Notes under the pieces: generated by a model
Databases searched by the model: none
What the model was told of the DNA's origin: nothing
What the model saw: only the letters and a program-made list of their open reading frames with translations
From: an uncultured Verrucomicrobia subdivision 3 bacterium
GTDB taxonomy: Bacteria > Verrucomicrobiota > Verrucomicrobiia > Limisphaerales > UBA11358
NCBI GenBank assembly: GCA_903918885.1
Contig: CAIXFY010000019.1
Location: 3,924-67,923, forward strand
Reading direction: 5' to 3'
DNA length: 64,000 nucleotides
Position numbers and translations under genes: made by a program
In this document: positions 1 through 10,090 of the stretch, one piece after another
Layout: every line of letters starts with the position of its first letter
Numbering within the stretch: position 1 is the stretch's first letter

Positions 1-152
1 AAGAGGTCGAAACCCGCGACTGGCTACCATCCGGAAATATCGTCGTCGGCATCACCGCTGGCGCAAGCTGCCCGAACAATTTGATTGAAGATACCATTCG
101 TCGTCTGTTTGAACTACGAGGTATATCCGTCCAAGAACTTTTGAAAAAATAA
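1..152 (+). CDS. ispH: 3' end of 4-hydroxy-3-methylbut-2-enyl diphosphate reductase (IspH/LytB), truncated by window edge
   Basis: Frame-3 translation EVETRDWLPSGNIVVGITAGASCPNNLIEDTIRRLFELRGISVQELLKK* ends at TAA 150-152. The WLP..G(I/V)T(A/S)GAS.P...ED tail matches the conserved IspH C-terminus as I recall it. Only 49 codons are visible. Confidence 0.55.
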   Translation, partial: EVETRDWLPSGNIVVGITAGASCPNNLIEDTIRRLFELRGISVQELLKK

Positions 153-166
153 ATTTATCCCGTCTT

Positions 167-1324
167 ATGCCCCGCACCCGTCAAGAATTCGAACAGTTTG
201 AGCGCCAATTTTTCGCCCCCTACGCCCAGTTCAGCAGCGACACGCGTGGGCGCAAATACAACGAGCCGCCACCCATTTGGCGCACGCAATACCAGCGCGA
301 TCGCGATCGTGTCATCCACTCACGCGCGTTCCGCCGACTGGAATACAAGACGCAGGTTTTTCTCAACGGCACCGGCGACCATCTCCGCACGCGACTGACG
401 CATACCATCGAAGTCGCCGCCATTTCGCGCAATCTCGCCAGCGCGCTCCAACTTAACACCGACCTCGCGGAGACTATCGCCCTCGCACACGACCTCGGCC
501 ATTCGCCATTTGGGCACAAGGGCGAGACCGTCCTCGCACGGTTGATGAAAGGCCACGGTGGATTCGAACACAATCTCCACAGCCTACGCATCGTCGAGGA
601 ACTCGAGGAAAAATATCCCGGCTTTTCAGGCCTGAATCTTTCGTGGGAAGTCCGCGAAGGTCTGGCAAAACACCAGACCGCCTTTGACCATCCCGACAAA
701 CGGAAGGGCTTTGACGCCAAGAATTCCTCGCTCGAAGCCCAGATTGCCAACCTCGCCGACGAAATCACCTATTACAGCCATGACCTCGACGACGGTCTCG
801 ACTCCGGCTTGCTTTCAGAAAGCCACCTAGCCAAAAACGTCCGCGTCTGGGCGATGGCGGCGCGAGCGGTAAAAAAAGAGCACGGCCAGTTGCCAGACGA
901 ATGCCGCCGCTATTTTACTATTCGCACCATCATTGATTTGCAAATCCGCGACGTGGTGGAAAATAGCGAGCGCTTGATCCAGTCCGCGCGAGTTCAAAGT
1001 GCCGACGATGTGCGCCGTTTCCCGAAGCCGCTCATCCAATATAGTTCGGAGCGCCGCCGTCTAAATTTAGAGTTGCGCAATTACCTCTACAAAAACCTTT
1101 ATTACAATCCGGTAGTCCACCAGCCAAACCTGCGAGCGGTAAAATTGCTCGGCCAGTTATTTGACTACTACCTCAAGCACCCGAAGGAAATCGGCGACAG
1201 CTCCAAGCGGCGGCTCAAAAAAATCGGTCTGCATCGCGCAGTGTGTGATTATCTCGCCGGCATGACCGACCGCTACGTCATGCTCGAATATGAGCGCATT
1301 TTCGGAAAAAGTTTTGAACTCTGA
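167..1324 (+). CDS. dgt: dGTP triphosphohydrolase-like HD-domain protein
   Basis: 385-aa ORF. It has HD-domain signatures RLTHTIEV and ALAHDLGHSPFGH, and a C-terminal DYLAGMTDRY typical of the dGTPase family. Confidence 0.85.
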   Translation: MPRTRQEFEQFERQFFAPYAQFSSDTRGRKYNEPPPIWRTQYQRDRDRVIHSRAFRRLEYKTQVFLNGTGDHLRTRLTHTIEVAAISRNLASALQLNTDLAETIALAHDLGHSPFGHKGETVLARLMKGHGGFEHNLHSLRIVEELEEKYPGFSGLNLSWEVREGLAKHQTAFDHPDKRKGFDAKNSSLEAQIANLADEITYYSHDLDDGLDSGLLSESHLAKNVRVWAMAARAVKKEHGQLPDECRRYFTIRTIIDLQIRDVVENSERLIQSARVQSADDVRRFPKPLIQYSSERRRLNLELRNYLYKNLYYNPVVHQPNLRAVKLLGQLFDYYLKHPKEIGDSSKRRLKKIGLHRAVCDYLAGMTDRYVMLEYERIFGKSFEL

Positions 1325-1327
1325 TTT

Positions 1328-3433
1328 ATGTGCCATTTTTCCGCCGGTCTCTTTTTTGCGACCGCCATTGCCTGCGCCGTCGGCGCGGATGGAAAACCCT
1401 CATCACTCGCTGATTTTGAAGCTGCCGCCACCAAGTTTCATTCCGTCGTCACGCTGCCGATGTTCGAAACGACCACGAATGAAGTCGCCGTTACTGTCAC
1501 CAAAACCATTGCCGAAGGCGATGCTGCGCTCGGCCGCATCGGCAAAATCGCGGAGCATAAGGTAGATTTCCGAAACACCTTCGTCGCGTTGGATGACTTG
1601 AATTTTCAGATTGGCCGCACCTCCGACCGACTGGGCCTCATCGAGCAGACCAGCACGAACGCCGCCATGCGCGACGCGGCCACCGATGCCATCAAGGCAA
1701 TTTCGCAATGGGCGGTGGGCATTGACTACCGCGATGATGTTTATCAAGCGCTGAAAACTTTTGCCGCCACCAATCCGAAACTGGCGGGCGAGGACAAAAA
1801 ACTTTTTGACGATACGCTGCGCGATTATCGCCGCGCCGGTTTGGAATTACCCAAAGCCCAGCGCGATGAAGTGGAAAAGCTGCGCAAAGAACTGACTTCA
1901 CTCGAAACGGATTACGAAAACAACATCACCAAGGCCACAAAGTCGCTGAAGTTCACCAAGGATGAACTCGCCGGCGTGCCGGAAGATTTTCTCGCGCGGC
2001 AGGGCATCAAGACTGGCGCGGATGAATACACGCTCAAGCCGAACATTACGTTTCATTACCTCATGGTCGAGGACAACGCGAAGCCCGAGGCGACGCGCCG
2101 CCGCATGATGACCGCGCAGTGCAATCTCGCGCGCGAGGCGAACATTCCGCTGCTCCAGAAAATTCTCGTGCTCCGCGACACGGTGGCAACGAAGCTCGGC
2201 TACAAAACCTACGCCGATTACGTCACCGAGACGCGCATGGTCAAGAATGCCGCCACCGCCATCAATTTTTTACAAAACCTCAAGGCTGGCTTGCAGCCGA
2301 AGTATGACGCCGAGCTAAAAGAATTTCGTAGTTTGAAAATCGCCGAGACCGGCGACACGAATGCCGTCATCAATTCTTGGGACTGGCGTTATTTCGCGAA
2401 CCAGCTCAAGAAAACGAAATACAACGTGGATGCCGAGCAGTTGCGCGTTTATTTTCCCTATCAAAACGTGCTGGATGGGATGTTCAAGATTTACCAGCGC
2501 ATTTTCGGCCTGAAATTCGAGCGCGTCGAAGCACCTTACAAATGGGTAGACGACCTGCAACTTTACACCGTCACCGACGCAAAGACGGGCGAGCCGATGG
2601 GCTTGTTCTATCTCGACATGTTCCCGCGCGACGGCAAATACAATCACTTCGCGCAGTTCGGTATCATCGAGGGAAAACTTTTGCCGGACGGAAAATACCA
2701 GCGGCCAGTCTGCTGCCTTGTCTGTAACTTCCCGCCGCCGCAGCCAGACAAGCCTTCCCTGCTCTCGCATGACGAAGTGGAAACCGTGTTCCACGAGTTC
2801 GGCCACGCAATGCACACGATTTTGACGCGCGCCAAATACTCACGGTTCGCCGGCACGAGCGTGCCGCAGGATTTTGTCGAAGCACCATCGCAGATGTTGG
2901 AGAACTGGCCGTGGGACAAAAAAGTTTTGGACAGCTTCGCCGCTGATTATCGCGACCCGAAGAAAAAAATTCCGGCGGAAATCATTTCGCAACTCAAGAC
3001 CGCGCGGCTGGCCACCGAAGCCACGCGCTATCGCCGTCAGCTTTCCTTCGGCCTGATGGACTTGACCTTGCACACGCAAATCCACGCGACCAATGCGGAT
3101 GAAATGCTGCCGCTGGCGAATAAAGTTTTGAGCGACGTCTCGTTTCCCGTGCCGCCAGACACGGCGTTCGTCGCCTATTTCGGCCACATCATCGGCTACG
3201 GCGCAGGCTATTACGGCTACGCGTGGGCGGATGCGATTGCGGCGGACATGGCGACGATCTTTGAAAATTCGCCGGATGGTTTCTTCGACAAAAAAACTGG
3301 TATGCGGATGCGGAACGAGATTTATGCGATGGGCAACTCGCGCGACATCAACGTCTCCATCGAGAAATTCCTGGGCCGCCCGCGTTCGCTCGAACCGTTC
3401 CTCAAGCGCATTGGCGTGAATAAGACGCAATAG
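1328..3433 (+). CDS. M3-family zinc metallopeptidase (oligopeptidase/peptidyl-dipeptidase-like), exported
   Basis: 701-aa ORF with the HEFGH zinc motif at 2792-2806 (VFHEFGHAMH). It has a hydrophobic N-terminus ending AVGADG. Overall length and layout are typical of the thimet/Dcp family. Confidence 0.85.
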   Translation: MCHFSAGLFFATAIACAVGADGKPSSLADFEAAATKFHSVVTLPMFETTTNEVAVTVTKTIAEGDAALGRIGKIAEHKVDFRNTFVALDDLNFQIGRTSDRLGLIEQTSTNAAMRDAATDAIKAISQWAVGIDYRDDVYQALKTFAATNPKLAGEDKKLFDDTLRDYRRAGLELPKAQRDEVEKLRKELTSLETDYENNITKATKSLKFTKDELAGVPEDFLARQGIKTGADEYTLKPNITFHYLMVEDNAKPEATRRRMMTAQCNLAREANIPLLQKILVLRDTVATKLGYKTYADYVTETRMVKNAATAINFLQNLKAGLQPKYDAELKEFRSLKIAETGDTNAVINSWDWRYFANQLKKTKYNVDAEQLRVYFPYQNVLDGMFKIYQRIFGLKFERVEAPYKWVDDLQLYTVTDAKTGEPMGLFYLDMFPRDGKYNHFAQFGIIEGKLLPDGKYQRPVCCLVCNFPPPQPDKPSLLSHDEVETVFHEFGHAMHTILTRAKYSRFAGTSVPQDFVEAPSQMLENWPWDKKVLDSFAADYRDPKKKIPAEIISQLKTARLATEATRYRRQLSFGLMDLTLHTQIHATNADEMLPLANKVLSDVSFPVPPDTAFVAYFGHIIGYGAGYYGYAWADAIAADMATIFENSPDGFFDKKTGMRMRNEIYAMGNSRDINVSIEKFLGRPRSLEPFLKRIGVNKTQ

Positions 3434-3447
3434 GCACTGGCGAATTT

Positions 3448-5070
3448 ATGCGCTCCCTCATCGCCAGCTTCTGTCTTTCTATCACGATCTTGGCGCAAGC
3501 TTCCGATTTTCACGAGCGCTGGATTTATTACTCCTGCAACCTCGCCGAGGATAAAAGCATCAACGTGTTTGAATCCGTCGCGATCCGTGGAGCCAAGGCC
3601 GGTTACAATGGCATCGTGCTCGACGATTACAAATTCGGACGGTTGGGGGACCAGAACAAACACTATTTCCAAAACATTGACCGCTTCAAAAAAATCGCCG
3701 CCGCTAACCATCTCCAAATCATCCCTTGCATTTTTCCCATCGGATATTCGTCAAGCCTGCTCTCTCACGATCCCAATCTGGCCGAGGGACTGCCTGTGCG
3801 CGATGCGTCCTATGTGGTGGAAAACAGCCTCGCGCGTATCGTTCCCAATCCGGCGGTGAAACTGCCTCAAGACGGATTCAAGGATCTCTCGAAGTGGCAA
3901 TTCCACGACAAAACGGTCGTTGCCACTGACGACGGTGCGGTGAAGGTCACCAATCCGAACGGCAAAAACGCCCGCATCACGAAGACGGTAACCGTTCGTC
4001 CATTTCATCAGTATCACATTTCCGTGATGGTGAAGACCGAAGGCTTCAATGGTGAGCCCAAGGTCGCCGTTCTCGGTAAAGCGGATCGCGAGTTGAATTA
4101 TGCCAGCCTCGGAACCAAGAAGACGCAGGGTTGGACCACGCACGATGTCGTTTTCAACTCGCTCGACAACGACCAAGTGGAAATTTACTTCGGCTGCTGG
4201 GACGGAAAAACCGGCACGCTCGAGTGGAAGAATCCCAAGCTGGAGGAAACCGGCCTGGTAAATCTCGTCCGCCGCGATGGTGCACCACTGGAAATCAAAC
4301 AGGAAAATGGAATCGCGCTGGTTGAAGGAAGGGACTTTGATCAGGTCGTTGATCCGCGCATGGGCAACGCCCCGTGGAAAGGCGCTTTTGAAGTCTGGCA
4401 CGAACCACCCGTCATCCGCACCCATTTGCCCGACGGCACGCGGCTGCGCGTTTCCTACTATCACGCCACCATCGTTCACAATGAACAGGTGATGATTTGT
4501 CTTTCCGAACCGAAGACTCTGGAACTGTTGCGCGATCAAGCAAAACGTATGGCTGCCGCTTGGGGAGCCAAAGGTTATTTCATGTCGCACGACGAAATTC
4601 GCGTGCTTAACTGGGACAAAGCTTGTCAGGACAAACATTCCACGCCGGGAGACATTCTCGCTGAAAACGTCCGTGCCTGCATCGGCATTTTGCGCGACGT
4701 TAATCCCGGCGGCGACATTTACGTCTGGAGCGACATGTTCGACCCCAAACACAATGCTCATGATAATTATTACCTCGTGAACGGCGACCTTGCCGGCTCA
4801 TGGCACGGGTTGGACAAGGACGTGATCATCGTCCCGTGGGATTTCGACGAACGCGCGGATGCCCTGAAATGGTTTGAGAGCCTAGGCAACCACATGGTCA
4901 TCGCCGGCTACTACGACGCCGACCCCAACAACGTCAAACAATGGCTGCAGGACGCCAAACCAGTCAAAGGCGTCATCGGCATCATGTATACCACTTGGGA
5001 AAACAATTACGACGACCTTGAAAAATTCGGCAGGTTAATTGAACCGGGGCAGCAACCGGCAAATCATTGA
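3448..5070 (+). CDS. secreted hypothetical protein; tentative glycoside-hydrolase-like TIM barrel with an inserted CBM4/9-like beta-sandwich
   Basis: 540-aa ORF with signal peptide MRSLIASFCLSITILAQA/SD. The middle ~130 aa (DGFKDLSKWQFHD...TLEWKNPKLEE) looks like a jelly-roll carbohydrate-binding module. The flanks have alternating beta/alpha character and an MSHDEI motif. Function is not established. Confidence 0.6.
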   Translation: MRSLIASFCLSITILAQASDFHERWIYYSCNLAEDKSINVFESVAIRGAKAGYNGIVLDDYKFGRLGDQNKHYFQNIDRFKKIAAANHLQIIPCIFPIGYSSSLLSHDPNLAEGLPVRDASYVVENSLARIVPNPAVKLPQDGFKDLSKWQFHDKTVVATDDGAVKVTNPNGKNARITKTVTVRPFHQYHISVMVKTEGFNGEPKVAVLGKADRELNYASLGTKKTQGWTTHDVVFNSLDNDQVEIYFGCWDGKTGTLEWKNPKLEETGLVNLVRRDGAPLEIKQENGIALVEGRDFDQVVDPRMGNAPWKGAFEVWHEPPVIRTHLPDGTRLRVSYYHATIVHNEQVMICLSEPKTLELLRDQAKRMAAAWGAKGYFMSHDEIRVLNWDKACQDKHSTPGDILAENVRACIGILRDVNPGGDIYVWSDMFDPKHNAHDNYYLVNGDLAGSWHGLDKDVIIVPWDFDERADALKWFESLGNHMVIAGYYDADPNNVKQWLQDAKPVKGVIGIMYTTWENNYDDLEKFGRLIEPGQQPANH

Positions 5071-5086
5071 GCCGCTACACTTGAGC

Positions 5087-6505
5087 ATGTCCCAACTGGA
5101 TTCCAGCCGCTGGCCGCGCCAGATCAAATACATCATCGGCAACGAGGCGTGTGAGCGCTTCAGCTACTACGGCATGACCGGCATTCTCGCCGGCTACATC
5201 AGCGGACAGCTCGTCGCCGGCGGACTCGGCAAAAGCGAGGACTACACCACTCAGATCACGCAGTTGTTCATCTTCGTGAATTACTTCACGCCGCTCCTCG
5301 GCGCGTGGCTTTCGGACAAAATCATCGGGCGTTACAAAACCATTTTCTGGGTGTCCCTGCTCTACTGCGCCGGACACGGCACGTTGGCATGCAGCGATTT
5401 CTTTGGCCAAGCGGGCAAACTGAACTGCCTCTTCATCGGCCTGACGTTGATTGCGTTTGGTTCCGGCGGCATCAAGCCTTGCGTCTCGGCGTTCATGGGC
5501 GAACAATTCCGCCCCAACCAATCGCACCTGATGCAGAAAGCCTTCGGTGCCTTTTACGTTGCTATCAACTTCGGTTCGTTCTTCTCGTTTCTCGTCGTGC
5601 CGTGGGTGAAGAATCATCACGGCTACAGCCTCGCGTTCGGCGTCCCGGGAATCTTGATGGCCATTGCGACCTTCATCTTCTGGCGGGGCAAAAAGCTTTA
5701 CGTCATTGTGCCAACGAACCGCGAGAAAAAGCACGCCGGCTTCTTCAAAGTATTTTTCACCGCCCTGATCACCAAGCGGGCCCCGGGACAAAAGTTCTGG
5801 GACGCCGCGCGCACCCAGTTCAGCGAAAACGAAGTCTCCGCCGCACGCTCCGTCCTGCCGATCCTGTTCGTCTTCGCCACGATTCCGATGTTCTGGGCCT
5901 TGTATAACCAGACCAATTCCACCTGGGTGATGCAGGGATTGAAGATGTTTGATACCAATCTCCTCGGCCTCAAGGTAGGCGCGGAACAGATGCAATCGTT
6001 GAATCCCCTGCTCATCATGCTGTTCGTGCCCGTCTTTACCCTCTGGATTTATCCGCGCATGGGTCGGTTCGCTTCGCCGCTCAAGCGCATGAGCTACGGA
6101 TTATTTCTCGCCGCTGTCGCCTTCCTGCTCATCGCGCTGCTGCAAAAGCGCATCGAAGCGGGCGAACACTTGAGCATTCTCTGGCAGACATGGCCTTATG
6201 TCGTCGTCACGGCAGCGGAAGTTTTGGTTTCGACCACCGGACTGGAATTCGCCTTTCGCGAGGCGGCGGCGGAGATGAAAAGTCTCATCATGAGTTTCTG
6301 GCTGCTCACCATTGCTACGGGCAGCCTCTTCGTCGCGGTGCTCACTAAAATTCTCCAGCACACCGGCGCGCCGACCGATGATGCCTCCGTGAGCAGCGGA
6401 CGCTTCATGCTCTACGCCGGAATGATGTTAGTAGTAGCCGTCGTCTTCAGCCTTATCGCCGCAACCTACAACTATCGCGACAAGGTAGCAGCGGAGGGAA
6501 GATGA
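5087..6505 (+). CDS. POT/PTR2-family proton-dependent di/tripeptide transporter
   Basis: Contains the ExxERFxYYG signature (GNEACERFSYYGM) and about 12-14 hydrophobic segments. I prefer ATG 5087 over the ORF-track start 5039, which overlaps the upstream gene. Confidence 0.85.
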   Translation: MSQLDSSRWPRQIKYIIGNEACERFSYYGMTGILAGYISGQLVAGGLGKSEDYTTQITQLFIFVNYFTPLLGAWLSDKIIGRYKTIFWVSLLYCAGHGTLACSDFFGQAGKLNCLFIGLTLIAFGSGGIKPCVSAFMGEQFRPNQSHLMQKAFGAFYVAINFGSFFSFLVVPWVKNHHGYSLAFGVPGILMAIATFIFWRGKKLYVIVPTNREKKHAGFFKVFFTALITKRAPGQKFWDAARTQFSENEVSAARSVLPILFVFATIPMFWALYNQTNSTWVMQGLKMFDTNLLGLKVGAEQMQSLNPLLIMLFVPVFTLWIYPRMGRFASPLKRMSYGLFLAAVAFLLIALLQKRIEAGEHLSILWQTWPYVVVTAAEVLVSTTGLEFAFREAAAEMKSLIMSFWLLTIATGSLFVAVLTKILQHTGAPTDDASVSSGRFMLYAGMMLVVAVVFSLIAATYNYRDKVAAEGR

Positions 6506-6568
6506 TTATTTTACCACCAGAAAACCCACCTACGTGCAGGCAATGGTGATGAAGGCCGCCACTCGAAC

Positions 6569-8509
6569 TCAGTGTCCGATAAATTTCCGCAGCATCTCGG
6601 GGCCATTCTGCCAGAAAATGATCGCGACGCCCATCAGCGCGCCGCCGGCCATCACGCCAGACGCCACGGGAAAGGTGAATTCCTCCGCCTTCGCCGGTGA
6701 CTTTTTCGCGAACCACCACGAGATGACCGCGCCCAGGAAAAACAGCACGCCGTAATACCATTGGAAAATCCACGCCAGCCCGAAGCCGGAAGCCGACGGC
6801 AGATATTTTTCCTGCTTCGGAAACAGCACCGGCAAAATGGCAAACACGATGCCCACCGCGCCGCCGATGGCGATGCTCCAAATTTTCGCGGGCGCAAGCG
6901 CCTCGAAGCCTTTGCTCAAGGCTTGCGCGACGGCGGCCCAAGTTTGCGCGGCGGGCGCGGGAAACTGGTTCGAGCCGACGACTTCCGGCCGGTCCACGAT
7001 GAGCGTGAAGGCGAACACGCTGACGACCGTGCCGATGAAAATGCCCGCGAACTGCGCAAGGAATTGTTTGCGCGGATTCGCGCCGAGCAGATAGCCGCTC
7101 TTCAAATCCGTCAGCAAGTCGGCGGAGGAACCGGCAGCGCCGGCGGTGATGTTCGCGGCCATGAGATTCACATTCATGTTGCCGGGACTCAACGCGCCGA
7201 ACGTGAGCTGCGTCACTTTGCCGAGCGGTCCGATGGGCGTGGTGTCCGTCTCGCCGGTGATGCGGCACGCGACGAGCGCCAGCGCAAAGGACAGCACCAC
7301 CGCCAGCGCGCTTTGCCAATACGGCATCCCGAAAGTTGCGTGCGCCAACAGGGCCAGTGCAATGAGCGAAACAACCTGACCGGCAGCGAACCACGACATG
7401 GGGGTTTCGATGGCGTCCATTTCGGTCGGCGTTTTTGATTTGGGGGAAAACATTTTACCAAGATCCAGAAACGCTCGGAGCGAAATGCGCCATTGCAAAA
7501 TGAAATCCAGCAAGCTCGCAAACACCATGCACGACACGCCCGGCCAAAGCGTCCATTGCACGCAGTCGCGGAAACCGGCATGCGTGATGAGTCCGGCGTT
7601 TTGCAAAAACGGAACATAGGCCATCCAGCACACGATGCTGCCGGCAAGAATGCTCAAGCACACGCGCATCCCCATGATCGCGCCGGACGCAATGAAGATC
7701 GGCTCCCAACTGAACATCACCGTGCGCCCAACCCACGCCGGGCCGAAGATGATGGCGTTGAGTTTGGTGCAAATCGTATCGCTCGAAAATGCCGCCAGCT
7801 TGGGGATGACCGCAAAGCCGTCGTGGATGAAATTATCAATCGCCGCCAGCGCACCAGCGATGCCGAGCGCCTTGGCCGCGCGCATTCCCTTCGCACCGTG
7901 CGAGTGCAACGCACGCAACGTTTCCGCCGCCGCCACGCCGCTGGGAAACCGGAGTTGCTCGATGTTGATCATCTGCTTTTTCATCGGAATAGCCATTGTG
8001 ACGCCGAGCACGGCCAGAAAGAAAACCCACGCGAAGGTCAGCGGCAGCGGGAGCGCGTGGCCGTTCAACATGATGAACGCCGCGAACGCCGAGACGAGCG
8101 TGCCGCCGGTGGAATAGCCCGCCGAGCTGGCGCAGGATTGCATGCAGTTATTTTCGAGAATGGTCATCGGCACTTTGGCGAGGCCGATTTTCACGAAGGT
8201 CGTCCAGATGGCGTAGGACAAAATGCACGCGGTAATGGCGACGCCCATGCCCCAGCCGGATTTCAAACCGATGTAAAGATTAGTGAGCGAAAGAACCGCA
8301 CCAAGCACGGATCCCATCAGCACCGCGCGCCAAGTGAGTTGCTTCATGGAATCGCCGCGCCCGCGATAAACCTGCTCGAACCATTGGCGCTCGATTTCCT
8401 CCGGCGTGCCGGTGAATCCGGCGAGCGGCAATTCGTATTCGGCGTCGGATTTGTTGGCCAACGATTCGGCGTTGGTTGAACTTTCGCTCATGCGCGGCAA
8501 TGTCGGCAA
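6569..8509 (-). CDS. OPT-family oligopeptide transporter
   Basis: 646-aa polytopic ORF. The N-terminal EEIERQWFEQVYRGRGDSMKQLTWRAVLMG and the overall architecture are typical of bacterial OPT proteins. Confidence 0.8.
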   Translation of the reverse strand: MPTLPRMSESSTNAESLANKSDAEYELPLAGFTGTPEEIERQWFEQVYRGRGDSMKQLTWRAVLMGSVLGAVLSLTNLYIGLKSGWGMGVAITACILSYAIWTTFVKIGLAKVPMTILENNCMQSCASSAGYSTGGTLVSAFAAFIMLNGHALPLPLTFAWVFFLAVLGVTMAIPMKKQMINIEQLRFPSGVAAAETLRALHSHGAKGMRAAKALGIAGALAAIDNFIHDGFAVIPKLAAFSSDTICTKLNAIIFGPAWVGRTVMFSWEPIFIASGAIMGMRVCLSILAGSIVCWMAYVPFLQNAGLITHAGFRDCVQWTLWPGVSCMVFASLLDFILQWRISLRAFLDLGKMFSPKSKTPTEMDAIETPMSWFAAGQVVSLIALALLAHATFGMPYWQSALAVVLSFALALVACRITGETDTTPIGPLGKVTQLTFGALSPGNMNVNLMAANITAGAAGSSADLLTDLKSGYLLGANPRKQFLAQFAGIFIGTVVSVFAFTLIVDRPEVVGSNQFPAPAAQTWAAVAQALSKGFEALAPAKIWSIAIGGAVGIVFAILPVLFPKQEKYLPSASGFGLAWIFQWYYGVLFFLGAVISWWFAKKSPAKAEEFTFPVASGVMAGGALMGVAIIFWQNGPEMLRKFIGH

Positions 8510-8538
8510 TCAGCGCCGAAGAGGCGAGCTTTTTTGGT

Positions 8539-9024
8539 TCACGGTTTGGTAAAGATTTTTGTATCCCACGAAACCGCGAGCGGATTTGCGCGGACGGCTT
8601 CGGCGAGTTCCACAAACGCCACCTGCGCCTCGAGCCAGCGGGGATTTTTGGTGATGGCGTCCATCGTGTTTTGCGTATTGTTACAGACCAGATAAAGGCC
8701 GCTGCCGATGACTAGAAAACCTTCGAGCCGCGTGCCGGTTCCGTGGCGGGAAAATTCAAAATCACCCGTGCCGTAATTCACGCTGGTCAGTTCCGTGCGC
8801 AGCGGGCCGAGATCTTTCACGAAGTTTTGCAGAAACTCATCGTTGCGCGGCCCGGTGTAGAACAGCACGCGCGCCTTGTTTTCCGCGAGCGAAACGACGG
8901 CCCATTCGTCAAAAACGATGCCGCCGTAGCGGGCATTCATGGATTGCGCGCAGGTCTTGATTTTGGCGGAAACTTCTTCGAGCGTCATGCGGTTGAGCAG
9001 ACCAAATCCCGCGCCGCCGCTCAA
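8539..9024 (-). CDS. hypothetical cytoplasmic protein
   Basis: 161-aa ORF on the same strand, lying between the methyltransferase and OPT genes with 15-nt and 29-nt gaps. I recognise no motif. Confidence 0.55.
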   Translation of the reverse strand: MSGGAGFGLLNRMTLEEVSAKIKTCAQSMNARYGGIVFDEWAVVSLAENKARVLFYTGPRNDEFLQNFVKDLGPLRTELTSVNYGTGDFEFSRHGTGTRLEGFLVIGSGLYLVCNNTQNTMDAITKNPRWLEAQVAFVELAEAVRANPLAVSWDTKIFTKP

Positions 9025-9039
9025 GGCAATTCGCGGCGG

Positions 9040-9999
9040 CTATTTTTTCACCGCCGTGACAATCAACGTCGCGCCCCAGCCGAAAACCGCCAGCAGCAGC
9101 GTGGCCGGCAGACTGACCAACCCCAGCAGCGGCGTCAGCAGCAAGATGACGAGTAGCGAACCGCGATAGTTCCCAGCGCTGATGACTTTCGCGCGCTGAC
9201 CGCGCAGCAGGTTGTAAAGCAGGTTGGGTCGCACGCCGATCCAGTTGAGCAACGATTGCGTAAAACTGAAGGTGTCGTATTCCGGCGCGAGAAAACTGAA
9301 CCATTTCGGCGGCAGTCCGGCTTCGCCCAAAATCCGCGCGAGCGATTCGCGCGTGTGGTGTGAAAGATGGCGCGGCATGTCGAGGTGAAACCAGCCCGCC
9401 TTGGCCAACCGTGCTTCCGGGCTGCCGAAGTTCGGCACAGCCACCATGAAAATGCCGCCGGGTTTCAAAATCCTGGCGACTTCCGCCAGCGTCGGGCGCG
9501 GATCGGATACGTGTTCCAACACATGCCACATGGTCACTACATCAAAGCTGGCATCGGGAAAATTTAATTCGTGCAGCAGTCCGACGCGCACCGGAATTTT
9601 TAGTTTTTCGCGCGCGAACCGGCAGGCGTCGTCCGAAAATTCTGTTCCAGTCACATCGCAGCCGGCCTGTTGAAAGGCGCGCAACAGCAATCCGCGTCCG
9701 CAGCCGATGTCGAGCACGCGCGGATTTTTTCGCTTCAACCGGCGCAGCACCTGCCGCGAGCGCCAGACGTAAAGTTTCTCCTGCAACCATTCCATCACGG
9801 CCGGAAACCGTCGCCCACCCGCGTCGCCGTAGTAGCCGGCGGGATAGTATTTCCCGATGTCCGCCGGCACGGGCACGGTGACGATTTGAGCGCAGGCGCG
9901 GCAGCGAACGACCTGAAAATTTTCGCCGCCAATGTAATCGGGTGCGGGAAAATAAATTTCCCATTCGCTGGTTGGATGCGGGCATGACTGCATCCGCAA
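9040..9999 (-). CDS. class I SAM-dependent methyltransferase with N-terminal Cys4-like ribbon and C-terminal TM segments
   Basis: It has SAM motif I VLDIGCGRGLLL and a post-I acidic residue. The N-terminal C..H...CRAC pattern resembles a zinc ribbon. The C-terminal LLVILLLTPLLGLVSLPATLLLAVFGWGATLIV is hydrophobic. Confidence 0.8.
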   Translation of the reverse strand: MRMQSCPHPTSEWEIYFPAPDYIGGENFQVVRCRACAQIVTVPVPADIGKYYPAGYYGDAGGRRFPAVMEWLQEKLYVWRSRQVLRRLKRKNPRVLDIGCGRGLLLRAFQQAGCDVTGTEFSDDACRFAREKLKIPVRVGLLHELNFPDASFDVVTMWHVLEHVSDPRPTLAEVARILKPGGIFMVAVPNFGSPEARLAKAGWFHLDMPRHLSHHTRESLARILGEAGLPPKWFSFLAPEYDTFSFTQSLLNWIGVRPNLLYNLLRGQRAKVISAGNYRGSLLVILLLTPLLGLVSLPATLLLAVFGWGATLIVTAVKK

Positions 10000-10090
10000 A
10001 AGTTAGGCGGCAAACTGTCACACAAACAATAAAAATTGATTGGGACAGAGAAAATAATTTCCTATCGTAGCCAGCGAACATCCAAAACCA

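Noticed and set aside
6453-8479. Alternative-frame and antisense ORFs inside the OPT gene (6453-7394 minus strand, 6761-7438 and 7493-8479 plus strand)
   Set aside because: They have low-complexity Arg-rich translations. The 646-aa OPT frame explains the region.
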